Shown here one piece after another: positions 52,561 to 64,000 of a stretch of DNA of 64,000 nucleotides. A model generated the notes under the pieces. The model was not told where the DNA came from. It saw only the letters and a list, made by a program, of their open reading frames with translations, and did not search any database. Positions within the stretch are counted from its first letter, which is position 1. Every line of letters begins with the position of its first letter. The stretch lies in assembly GCF_006345805.1 (NCBI RefSeq), contig NC_043003.1:112840001-112904000 (forward strand), given 5' to 3'. This DNA is from Octopus sinensis. Its lineage: Eukaryota. Position numbers and translations under genes: made by a program.

Positions 52561-53752
52561 AATGCTTCTGTATTTCATGTTTCTGTATTCCATTATTGTT
52601 TTTTGCTTTTTTTATATTCGTCCCTTTTGCTGTCCCGGTGTTCGTATGCATTCGATCCTTCTTCCAGGAAATCTACGCTCCCAGCTTAGTTTTTCTAATG
52701 CTCGTTGCTTAGTTTTTTCTTGGAGGGCAGGCCGTGATCTGGTAATCTCAAGATTAATCAGCCGAAATTACTACGATGATCCGGTTCTTGACTGAAGACT
52801 GAGGGTTTCGAATGCCCTGTCCGTGTTTATTGTATCGTCTTCTAAGAGTTATACGTTCTTGTCCATGTTGTATTTTTCTACATACCTTAATATATATTCC
52901 AGGCGCCACGTACCCTCTTAACATTAATGTGAGCACATATTCTTAAAAATTGGTACGACTCTCTGTTTGTCTCTCTCTCTGTCACTTTTACTTGATCTGT
53001 CCCCTTCTCTCTCTTTTCTCTCTACTCATCCTCTTTTTCTCTTCTCTTTCCTCTGATTCTTTGGTCTAATCTTCCCCTACCCTTCCATTTCTTTGTCTCG
53101 CTCTGCACTCACAGGTCAATCTTCGACACCCATCCCTTCTCCTCTCTGATTCCTTCTTTCTCTCTCTCTTCTCTCCCCTTGTTGCGTTTGTCCCTCCTCT
53201 CTCTCTCTTCCTTCCTTTGCTTCTCTTTCTTTTCTTTTCTCTCTTCTCTGTCACGTGACCGCTGGCCGAAATCTGCCTTTCAGCTTCCCACCAGCGACGT
53301 GTTAACATCGTTGTTTTTCGTCCGCCGCCAAGGCATCGCCGATAAGGCTCCTTTCCATTGCGCCAGAGAAAATTTGTTTGCTTGTTATCAGTCGTAAGAC
53401 ACTTGTTGTTTTCACCGTTAATGCTTCTGTATTTCATGTTTCTGTATTCCATTATTGTTTTTTGCCTTTTATATTCGTCCTTTTTGCTGTGCCGGTGTTC
53501 GTATGCATTCGATCCTTCTTCCAGGAAATCTACGCTCCCAGCTTAGTTTTTCTAATGCTCGTTGCTTAGTTTTTCTTGGAGGGCTGGCCGGATCTAGTAA
53601 TCTCAAGATTAATCAGCCGAAATTACTACGATGATCCGGTTCTTAACTGAAGACTGAGGGTTTCGAATGTCCTGTCCGTGTTTATTGTATCGTCTTCTAA
53701 GAGTTATACGTTCTTGTCCATGTTGTATTTTTCTACATACCTTAATATATAT
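52561..53752. repeat. Two ~335-bp direct repeats (52561-52897, 53420-53752) around a ~520-bp spacer (TRIM- or pLTR-like)
   Basis: Both run aatgcttctgtatttcatg..ctacataccttaatatat with a dozen or so small differences. Confidence 0.85.
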
Positions 53753-53762
53753 ATATATATAT

Positions 53763-53807
<45 letters not shown>

Positions 53808-53825
53808 CATATATACATACACACA

Positions 53826-53866
<41 letters not shown>

Positions 53867-53879
53867 GTATACATACATT

Positions 53880-54140
53880 ATAGCCTCAGACCAACCAAAG
53901 CTATGTGAGTGTATTTCGTACACGGAAACTAAAAGAAGACTGTCCTATATATGTATATATTTGTGTGTGTGTGTGTGTGTATCTGTGCGCCTGTGTCTGT
54001 TCGTAGCCCCACAATTGCTTGCCAACCGATGTTGGTGTGTTTACGTTCTCATAATATAGCAGTTCGTCAAAGACTCTGATAGAATAAGTACCCAGCTTGG
54101 AAAGAATAAATCCTGTGGTGGATTTGTTCGAGCAACACTC
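53880..54140 (+). mobile_element. 5'-truncated CORE-like family A SINE
   Basis: tatagcctcagaccaaccaaag..gatagaataagtacc body match. Confidence 0.75.
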
Positions 54141-54563
54141 TACTTATTCCACGTTCTCGCGTTGTTGTTTTTTCTTGCTTGTTCATGTTTGGATTGTGTG
54201 TATATATGTATGTATATATATATATACTTATTATATTATATTTAAATTGTTTATACTTTTTGGTTAGTTATATATATAAAAAAAAATTAAGTTTAAAGAT
54301 TTAAAGATTTAAAAAGTTTTAAATATAAATATTTTAAAAACTTTTAATTTCAAAATTTTATATCTTATATTTTATATATATATTATATTAATTATATTTA
54401 TTTTTTGTCTTTTATGTTTTGGTTTATGTCTATCATTGTTTGAGTTGCCTAATAGTGGTTTTATCTCTAACTGAATATATATTTATTCTGTGAAATTTGA
54501 TTTAATCCTAAATCTAATTTTTCCCTGTAAGTTTGGATATACTCCCTATTATCATTATTATTA

Positions 54564-54610
<47 letters not shown>

Positions 54611-54613
<3 letters not shown>

Positions 54614-57444
54614 TAGTTTTATTTTTATTTTTATAGCGTGCTTTCACTTCACTACCGAGCGCAGCTCTGTGTGCCTTGGGTATGTGCTGTGATTTGTTGT
54701 GATGCTCTGATGGTTATTGTATGGAAAGTGTTCTGCGTAGGATGTGTGCAGTGCCTAGTAGTGCAATTTTCTGTATGTTATATGTGTTTGTAAGTCCTGG
54801 TGTTTTTGTTATGTATTTGTCTGAATATTTTTTTATCATGCCTAATGCACCTACTATGATAGGAATTGTTTCTGTTTTCAGATTCCACATTCTAGTTTCC
54901 TCTATTTCCAGGTCTTTGTATTTTGAGAGTTTCTCCATTTCTTTTAGAGACACGTTGTCATCTGCCGGTACTGATACATCAATTAGAAAGCATTTTTTTT
55001 TTTCATGGTCTCTGACAACTATATCTGGTCTGTTGGCCTAATTTCTCTATCTGTGTGTATCGGCATATCCCAGAGTATGGTTGCTTTCTCGTTTTCTGTG
55101 ACCTTTTCTGGTGTGTGCCTATACCATCTTTTTTCTGTTGTTATTCCATAATGTTGGCATAGCTTCCAATGTATGTAAGTTCCAACTCTGTCATGTCTGT
55201 GAATATATTCCTTCTTAGCCAGGACTGGGCAGCTAGAGATAATATGATTCATTGTTTCTTGTCCATCTCCACATATTCTGCAGTTACTTGTAATATTTCT
55301 TTTCATTACATGTCTTTGGTAATTTCTGGTGGGGAGGCTTTGGTCTTGTGCTGCAATTAAAAATCCCTCTGTTTCTGCTTTGAGTCCTGAGCTTCTCAAC
55401 CATTGCTGGGATTTTTCTTTGTCTATTTCTTTTGCGTTTAGTTTAGTCCAGTATTTACCATGAAGGGGCTTTTCTTGCCATCGTTTTATCATGGTTCGTT
55501 GCTGTTCTATTTTTAGTTTGGATTTCATTTTTTTTATAGCTTTTGTTGTTTCTTCATCTTCTTCTTCTTCTTCATGTTTATTAGGTGGTATGATTTCTTG
55601 TTTGTATTTGTCAGCTTCCTTAAATACGGAGAACAGTTTTTTGTTTTGCTCGTGTTTTGCCGCTATCTGGATCAGTTTTCCTTCCTTCTGAAGTAGATAT
55701 TTTTGCAGTCCTATGGTGGTTATTTTATAGTAGTTTTCCAGCTGTATAAGGCCTCTACCACCTTCTATACGTTGTATATATAGTTTTTCTATGTCAGATT
55801 TTGGGTGATGCATCCTAGATCCTGTCATTATTTTTCTTGTTTTCCTGTCTATTTTGGACAGTTCATTTCGTGTCCAGTTAAGGATATTGTAGCTGTAACT
55901 TATAACTGGGACAGCTAAAGTGTTGATACCTATTATCTTGTTTTTAGCATTGAGCTCTGTGTTTAGTATTGATCTAACTCGTCTATAATCTTTTTTATTT
56001 TCTCTTTCATTTGTGTGTGTTGTGTCTTATCTAGTTCATGGATTCCTAAGTATTTGTAAGTTTGGCTTTGGTCTAATTCTTTTATTTCATTTGCTTCATC
56101 TAGTGTGATGTTGTTACTCTTAACTAGTTTTCCTCTTTTCATGGTTACTTTGGCGCATTTTTCTAATCCAAATTTCATATCTATTTCTTTGGTAAATCCA
56201 TGAACTGTCTTTAATAGTGTTTCCAGCTGCTTGTCATTTGCAGCGTATAGTTTTAGGTCATCCATATATAAGGTGGCTGATCGTTTTGCCGTAACATTTA
56301 TATCCGCATCCAGTTCTATTTAGCATATCAGATAGAGGTGACAGTGCCAAGCAGAAAAGGAGTGGAGAGAGCGTATCTCCCTGGAATATTCCTCTTCTAA
56401 TGGGGATGTCTTTGGTTTTCATGAGTCCCTCTTTTGTTTGGAGGTGTAGGACTGTTTGCCATTTATTCATAGAGTGCTCTATGAATTTTATGATTGTTGG
56501 TGCTACTTTGTTAATGGCTAGTGTTTCGAGGATCCATGTGTGGGGGATGCTATCAAACGCCTTTTTGTAGTCAATCCAGGCCATACTGAGGCCTTTCTTC
56601 TTTCTGTGGCTGTCTTCAGTTATGGCTTTATTAATCATTAGTTGATCTTTACAGCCATATGAGCCTTTGCGGCATCCTTTCTGCTCTTCTGGGAACAGTT
56701 TGTTTTCGTCCAGGTGCTTGTTCAGCCTTTGTGATATCACTGCAGTAAATGCCTTGAACATAGTAGGGAGGCAGGTTATTGGTCTGTAGTTTTCTGGTTT
56801 TTCTGTTTCATTTGATTTGGGAATTAAGATGGTTTTCCCCTTCGTGAGCCATTCAGGCATTGTCTCTGGCTCTGCTAGTATGCTGTTAAAGTTTTCAGCC
56901 AGCTTTTTGTGCATTCCTGTTAGATATTTCAAGCAGAAGTTGGGGATCTTGTCATGCCCAGGTGCCTTCCAGTTGCTTAGTCTTTGCAGTGCCTGGGTGA
57001 CCTCTTCAGTTGTTATGGGGGTCCAAATTTGTTCAGATGCCGAGTTTGTTATTTTGATACTCCTTTTTTGGTGGTTCGTTCGCCGACCATATTTCTCCCC
57101 AGAATTCTTCCAATTCTTCTGCCGTTGGTGCTGCAGTGACTTCTATTTTATTTTTGCCCAGTTCTTGGTAGAACTTTTTGGGGTTGGAGTTGAACTTTTT
57201 GTTTCTTCAAAGAAGCGTTGGCGTTTCTTGTACCGGCGGATCCTTTGTGCTTTGGCAAGGATATCTTGCTTCAGCTTTTCTTTTATTTCAGGCAAATCTT
57301 TTTCTGTGATGTTATATTTGCGGAGTATTTTTGTTCTCTTTTTGTTGCTCAGTAGCGTTGATTCTTTGCTGATTTCATTAAGAATCGACAGGTCTTTTCT
57401 ATTTTTTAAATTTTACTTTGGATGTTATTTATCCACAGGGTTTG

Positions 57445-57446
<2 letters not shown>
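54611..57446 (-). mobile_element. Well-preserved 5'-truncated R4/Dong non-LTR retrotransposon (RT, CCHC, RLE) inserted in (TAA)n
   Basis: YRPITCLP, EQKGCR, GIFQGDTLSPLLF, YMDDLKLY, LYIQRIEGGRGL, CRICGDGQETMNHIISSC, NRPDIV..LIDVSVP..KLSKYKDL; a few small frameshifts; (TAA)n at both ends. Confidence 0.95.
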
Positions 57447-57479
<33 letters not shown>

Positions 57480-57515
57480 CATTATTATAATTATTATTAT
57501 ATTATTATTATATTA

Positions 57516-57561
<46 letters not shown>

Positions 57562-57639
57562 GTTGTTATTATTATTATTATATATAGGTTTGTATGTGTG
57601 CATGTGTATAACAAAACAGAAATCCGGAAATTTCAATTT

Positions 57640-57743
57640 CTAATTGGCATTACAAAGATTTACATGTGAGGTATGTAAGGAATTTTCTATTAGAAATTCT
57701 TCACATGCCTATCTCACGTGTCAAACTTTGTAATTCCTATTAG
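57640..57743. repeat. Imperfect ~100-bp hairpin (degenerate MITE-like)
   Basis: ctaattggcattacaaag vs ctttgtaattcctattag, with inner arms also pairing. Confidence 0.6.
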
Positions 57744-58896
57744 TATGTGAAACACGTGTAACGGTGAATAAATAATACGAAAATCTTCCCAATTTCCCTG
57801 TTTTGTTATACAATAATTCTGCAAATAGTATTCTCTATTTTAATATGTATTTTGACTAATACACAGAGGCTACTGAGACTACACATTGAGACTACATATA
57901 TAGTTATGTGTGTGTGTGTGAGTATGAGTGTATATGTGTTTGTGAGTATGAGTGTGTATGTGTGTGTCTGTAAGCGTGTGACTCATCTCGACTTACTTAA
58001 AGAATCTTGGGGTAGGTACAGTCCATCTTATCAACTGTAACTCGAAACCAAATATTCACTTAATCGTTTATAAATGGAGATGTATGTATGTATGTATGTA
58101 TGTATGTATGTATGTATGTATGTATGTATGTATGTATGTCTGTCTGTCTGTCTGTCTGTATGTATGTATGTATGTATGTAGGCCTGTATGTATGTGTGTG
58201 TGTGTGTGTGCATCTGTTTATATGACAATATGTGTGTGTCTATACAATTTATGTTTGCATGAAGGACATTGGAATCTCAAACGTGATTAGTAGATGAAAC
58301 TTCATTTAATGGCAGAAATAATTCTGTTGATGAACATTACACTGCAAGTATTGTGTTTCTTGTTGCCATTTCGCTCCAAGTCCAAATCTTATTGAAGAGT
58401 TATCCTATAAAATTTATCTCACAATACATTTGGCGTGCGTTTACTTACTATGAAGTACAAAACAGAAGCATTAAACGCCATCAAATCCCGGTTTGTTTAG
58501 AGATGTTTGCCTCAAAATCACCTCAGGAAGAGAATGTCTTTAAGTAATGTTTACATCTTTCCAATAGTTTATGAGACTGTCACCAGCGCTGTTATACCTG
58601 TATAATGCTTAGCATTTCTGAGATCTGCTATATCAATAGGTTAATCTCATTATCCCATTGTCACGCCTGAGGCAACCTATTTTGATAAAGCTTAAAGATC
58701 TGACACTTGCGGTTTGACGGATGCAAACATGATAGACAGTAACATGAGAATGGTAAAGCTAAATTTCTCTATTATTAAAATTATCCAAGTAAACTACAAA
58801 CTGACATACACAACTCGCTGGTGGGTGAGTTGTAACATAAGTTTTAACGTATGAATAATTTAGAAATTAAAATATTCAATTCTTCTTTTTAATGTT

Positions 58897-59465
58897 TAGC
58901 GAGCTGGCAGAATCGTTAGCACACCGTTTTGTCTGCCGTTACGTTCTGAGTTCAAATTCCGCCGAGTTCGACTTTGCCTTTCATCCTTTCGGGATCGATT
59001 AAATAAGTACCAGTTACGCACTGGGGTCGATATAATCGACTTAATCCGTTTGTCTGTTCTTGTTTGCCCTCTCTGTGTTTAGCTCCTTGTGGGTAGTAAA
59101 GAAATAGGTATTTCGTCTGCCGCTACGTTCTGAGTTCAAATTCCGCCGAGGTCGACTTTGCGTTTCATCCTTTCGGGATCGATTAAATAAGTACCAGTTA
59201 CGCACTGGGGTCGATGTAATCGACTTAATCCGTTTGTCTGTCCTTGTTTGTCCCCTCTGTGTATAGCTCCTTGTGGGTAGTAAAGAAATAGGCATTTCGT
59301 CTGCCGCAACGTTCTGAGTTCAAATTCCGCCGAGGTCGACTTTGCGTGTCATCCTTTCGGGGTCGATTAAATAAGTACCAGTTAATCACTGCAATCGACT
59401 TAATTCCCTTGTCTGTTCTTGTTTGTCCCCTCTATGTTTGCCCCCCTGTGGGCAGTAAAGAAATT
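58897..59465 (+). mobile_element. Family B SINE head-to-tail trimer, period about 184 bp
   Basis: Junctions aaagaaatagg|tatttcgtc (59109) and aaagaaatagg|catttcgtc (59293). Confidence 0.92.
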
Positions 59466-59693
59466 AAAAAAAATGTTTAGCTTAGCGTCAGCTTTGCTCG
59501 AACACACTAGCGTCCAAAAATGATTTTCTTCTATTTCCAGTAGCCATTGTTTGTTCAGCATTAAATTTGTTGTGCTTTGTTTAGGCCGATCACACAGAGC
59601 CTCTGATGTTGGCCCATGAGCTAAATTGTCAGTGGATATAGATATTTAGAGAGAGAGAGAGAAATGGGGCGGAGGTGACTTTGTGTGTATATG

Positions 59694-60340
59694 TACGAGG
59701 CTCGGCTGAAAAGTTCATAGGCTGACCAAGATATTCTCATGGAATGTGACCAAATGAGATTTACTCTTCAACATGTTCCCCTTGCACTCCACACACTTCT
59801 TCCATCAGTGATTGGATCCCATTGCTGAAGGAGCTTTTATCCTGTTGGTTAAAAATGTTATCAGTAACAGATATGAAGTCATCACCACAGCGATACTGCT
59901 ACCCAACTGTGTTTTTTTTTTTTAAATTTATATTGTGGAAGAGATGATTGTTAGAAAGGGCCAAATCAGGAGAATAGGGAGGCGGATCAACCAGTTCAAA
60001 GTCACAGTTATACGCAGCGACCATTGAAACCAAAAACGTTTTTCTGGAGCGTTGTCCTAATGAAACAAGACCCCACTCTTTCGTCAATTTTGTAGGGTAT
60101 TTGGTTTTGATACCCTGTCATAACTGCCTCAGCAATTTGGCATTGTATTTTTCATTGATGGTGTGACGCTTTTGAAGGTAGTCAATAAACATAATGCCTT
60201 TTGCATCCCAAAAACTGAAAATTGGTAACGAGGAGTGTGTATTGGGCGATGATGAGTGCAAGAGATAACGAGGTATTCGTATTGAACTGGTAATTCATTA
60301 TCGCCGAAAGCATTGGTTTTAGGTTTCACTGCCCAGAATC
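59694..60340 (-). pseudogene. Mariner (Tc1/mariner) transposase remnant with one TA-flanked TIR
   Basis: DPPPYSPDLALSNNHLF resembles HPPYSPDLAPSDYHLF; ta|cgaggctcggctgaaaagttcataggctgac terminus. Confidence 0.75.
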
Positions 60341-60599
60341 TTCATCATGTTAACGACAATAACAACAAAACTCAAGAACGAGTAGATACAAAAAAAAAAG
60401 CCGAAAATGTTGAGAAACTAATCTTTCACAAGAAAAAAAAACAAAACAGAAAGAGCAAAAAACTGTAAACAAGTAATAAGAATATGAGACGGTGTGAGAG
60501 AAGTTAATGTAAAGTGGGAATATATCATAAGGGAATGGAATATTCATCTGGAATAGATTTAACAGTGATGAGCGAGACAGAAAGAAAAAGAAAGAGAAA

Positions 60600-61093
60600 A
60601 CATATTAAGAAGAAGAAGAGGAGAAGAAAAAGAAGAAGAAGGGGAAAAAGAGGAGGGAGAGGAGAAGAAGAAGATGAGGAAGAGAAAGAAGAAGAAGATG
60701 AGGAAGAGAAGTGGAAGAAGAAGATGAGGAAGAGAAGTGGAAGAAGAAGATGAGGAAGAGAAGTGGAAGAAGATGAGGAAGAGAAGTGGAAGAAGAAGAA
60801 GATGAGGAAGAGGAGAAGAAGAGGAAGAAAAAGAAGATGAGGAGAAGTGGAAGAAGAGGAGGAAGAGAAGTGGAAGAAGAAGAAGAAGATGAGGAAGTGA
60901 AGTGGAAGAAGAAGAAGAAGATGATGAGGAAGAGGAGGAGAAGAAGAAGATGATGAGGAAGAGGAGGAGAAGAGGAAGAAGAGGAGGAGAAGAAGAGGAG
61001 GAGAAGAAGAGGAAGAAGAAGATGAGGAGGAGGAAGAGAAGGAGAAGTGGAAGAAGAAGAAGAAAAAGAAGAAGAGAAGAGGAGGAGCAGAAG
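60600..61093. repeat. Polypurine (GAA/GAG) low-complexity tract with gatgaggaagagaagtggaagaa subrepeats
   Basis: Plus strand is almost only A/G with sparse T. Confidence 0.9.
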
Positions 61094-62554
61094 AAATGTC
61101 CACAGAACCAGTATCAAAAGTAAAATCAATAATCAATAAAATAATTCCGTCCTTTCATCTGTCGTTAAGAGGACAACAAGAAATCGTCATTTTGGTTTAT
61201 ATTACAAAATATTTTGATATATTTGGGATCAATAGATGTAGATGTGAGGAAAGGAGAACACACATCTGCCAATGTGTGTGTGCGTGTGTGTGTGTGATAA
61301 AGTGTTCACATAAGATATCAATTTGGAAAGGGAAGAGAAGGCGACGTGGTGATGTGTAAAGATTAGGACCAACAATTATGCCGGCGCCACGGTGTTATCT
61401 ATAATCAGTAAAACAATGGAATTAAAAATAAACGAATTTTCTTAGCTTCTTAGATTTTAGAAATAATTAACTTACTCGCTACTAAAAACATACGCTGCTC
61501 TGTTTTTCCACCAATAATTATGGATTTTCTACTGTAAATATTGTTTATTATTTTGTTATGTTTAGTCGATACAACAGTTAATGTCGACTTTAGATTTGTT
61601 GCTCTCGCCCCTAATGAGCTACAGAAATATACTTATGCAATCCCACGAGATGAATTAATATCGACCTTGTTAATTCGATGTTCCACAGTGAATTAACATC
61701 TGCAGCGATGCAACAAAGTTATTGAAAAAGTTGCGATCATTAGCAAAGACATTTTGGGGACAGATACTAATATCGTGGATTCGGGTCTGTATGGAGTCGC
61801 GGTGATGGTGGTGGTGGTGGTGGGGGTGGGTTAGGAGGAATTCTAAGAAAATAACTTTTCTGAAAGTTTAGTTTCCTGTCATCGCAAGATATCTCAGATT
61901 TCAATGTGTGAAGTGCTTTAGAAATGATTGATCCCAAAAGTTGATTATTCTATAGATAATCAAGTCAGCTATCGTCAAAATCCAATATATCTCCGAGCCT
62001 ATTTTTGCTAAATAAACTGTTTTAAGACTAAAGCAGAGAAGTCAGACTGATATCCGATACTTACTTGGCTGAAAATCGCACAATGGGAGAAGAAAAATAG
62101 TTAGAAATCTCGAGTCATGGGTTAGTTATCCAATGACAGTAGATTTTGGATGAATACTTGCAACAAAATCCGGTAACAATCAGCATCCAGGAGCTTCAAA
62201 CCACAAAGTATTGCCAAAACTTTAGCAGGTAGGCTTCCATAGTTTCTGCCACAACGTTTATTGGATAACGTTTTGGCGACTCTCATATTTCATAACACAG
62301 TTGATATGCTATCTAATATTAACACATCTAGGACTCATGTAAGGTATACTAAAATGTTTTGGCCGGTAGACGATAAAGCACCTGTGGCGTACTTCATTTT
62401 ATGTCACATGCTTTGATATACCAGCATATAAGCTTATCCTCATCAACACTAGACATAGTGACATAGATACAGTAAATAAATATATAGACGTATATAATGA
62501 GTATATATATATATATATATATTATCCCAAAACTATAGTATTAAATATCCATCA

Positions 62555-62648
62555 CAGCTGATCTTACCAATCGGTTTCCTGTAAAGAATACAATGGAATG
62601 TTAGGTAACAATCCGATTATATAACTTTACGCTCATCAGAGATAGCCG
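62555..62648 (-). ncRNA. Type I hammerhead ribozyme, stem II base damaged
   Basis: CGGCUAUCU-CUGAUGA-GC-GUAAAG..CUUUAC-AG-GAAA-CCGAUUGG-UA|AGAUCAGCUG. Confidence 0.65.
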
Positions 62649-62649
62649 A

Positions 62650-63530
62650 TATGGAAGGGAATATGGCGACTGCTCGTTATAGTTGGAGGTTGCACAACCG
62701 GTCAGCGGCTGCAGTGAAAAAAGGTGGCAAATACGAAACAGGAGCCATGGGAGTTATATCCCTTGGTTGGGCATGTTGTGAAGCCGGCAAGGGTTGTCTT
62801 GAAGTGGGGAACATGTGTATAATTAATGTGGTGCTCCTGTTGGGATGGGGTGTATGATGTGTGTAGTGGTATCATATACATAATTTTATCCGGGGTGTAA
62901 GTGTATATAGCTGTGTTCGTTGGTCTGTTTTCTTTCTGTAAAGGATAAAGATACCAGGTCTAGGGTTACGTCAAGGAAATCTATCGTTTTCAGGTTGGTC
63001 TCTATAGGTTGGTCCCTCAGTCCGAGGGAGTTCATGGTGCTTGTGTGGTCTTTTCTGAACCTACCTAGCGTGTGGCTGTTGGCACCCCTTGATATTGCCA
63101 GCGCGTGGTTCCTGTAGAGGCCAATATTTATATATATTAGTGTGGAGGCGCAATGGCCCAGTGGTTTGGGCAGCGGACACGCGGGTGTAGGATCGCAGTT
63201 TCGATTCCCAGACCGGGCGTTGTGAGTGTTTATTGAGCAAAAACACCTAAAGCTCCACGAGGCTCCGGCAGGTGGGGGGCATCCCTGCTGTACTCTTTCG
63301 CCACAACTTTCCCTCATTCTTTCTTCTGTTGGCATGCTCGCTTAGCCAGCGGGGTGGTGTCATTTGAAAGCTTAAACAATGCGAAGCGCATTGTGACCAG
63401 CGATGTGTAGCAACATCTGATAGACTGGTCGGTAACGGTAACGGTGATATATATTAGTACTGGACTGCAGTCATACTGGGACAGCACTCTAAAACTGAAG
63501 TATGGCCGCGATGACTGGATAGATGTGTAT
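62650..63530 (-). mobile_element. Penelope-like RT fragment interrupted by a SINE, upstream of the hammerhead
   Basis: NIGLYRNHALAI (decayed GLYRDDGLAI) and TIDFLDVTLDL..RKQTNEHSYIH motifs. Confidence 0.75.
63142..63446 (+). mobile_element. SINE M1 + tail T3 with 12-bp TSD
   Basis: atatatattagt at 63130-63141 and 63447-63458; tail ends in cggtaa repeats. Confidence 0.88.
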
Positions 63531-64000
63531 CTCATTGTTCTATGCCGTGTAATGTTGGAAGTATCAGTGTCTTATTGAAATTAAAGAATTTATGGCATCT
63601 ATGTATTCTTATGAATTGCTGTCATATCATCGTCGGAAACCAAGATATATTAATGGAAACAACTTGATTGAATTGACGACTAAACCAAATTATCCGGTTT
63701 TTTTCCAGCGCTTTTCGAGATGTGAGTTATGGATCAACTTATTAGTAAGGCCATTCCTCAGTACTGCCTTGTTACAATAGGGTGAAGACCTGTTACCTCC
63801 CTCTGTTTGTCGATAAATTAAAAATTCCTTTACTGTTACATGAAATCAGGTTTCTATTTACTGTAATGGATTGGTTTGACATTTTATAGGGGCAGTACGT
63901 GCCTAACTCGACGAGTAAAGCTTAGATCCAAGGCTTCGACTTTCCTAAAGTTGGTGGTAACTGTTATAGGTAGGTCGAATTCACATAAATTTTCCATTAA

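Noticed and set aside
52785-52830. Hammerhead in the direct repeat (ctgaagactgagggtttcgaatg; minus gaaaccctcagtc)
   Set aside because: The plus strand lacks GAAA and a closing G-C stem II; the minus strand has GAAAC..GUC but no upstream CUGANGA or stem I partner.
62395-62450. Third hammerhead-like string on the minus strand (ttgatgaggata..tatcaaagcatgtg)
   Set aside because: G12 is missing and stems I and III are not convincing.

Overview
AT-rich, repeat-dense eukaryotic DNA. It is most likely from an octopus (coleoid cephalopod); this is inferred from the tRNA-derived SINE families and the microsatellite load, not from any gene. No host protein-coding gene is confidently supported, and most tracked ORFs are microsatellite or antisense shadows. 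The window holds about 20 tRNA-derived SINE copies or arrays (CORE-like, Deu/Nin-like and a modular third group), about 8 R4/Dong-type RLE retrotransposon pieces associated with (TAA)n tracts (the best preserved is 54611-57446), Penelope-like (PLE) remnants, CR1/L2 and RTE-like fragments, Chapaev3 and mariner transposase relics, and many MITE/foldback elements. The most notable observations are: (i) two type I hammerhead ribozyme folds on the minus strand, one with an intact core (17888-17980) and one damaged copy next to a PLE remnant (62555-62648); (ii) a near-perfect 812-bp palindrome with a 1-nt spacer (34569-35380); (iii) SINEs built by combinatorial module swapping; (iv) head-to-tail SINE multimers with recurrent junctions; (v) a CpG-rich GGG..CCC TIR element with a 6-bp TSD; (vi) a triple-C2H2 retroposon end embedded in (ATGT)n. 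All coordinates and family calls were made by eye.
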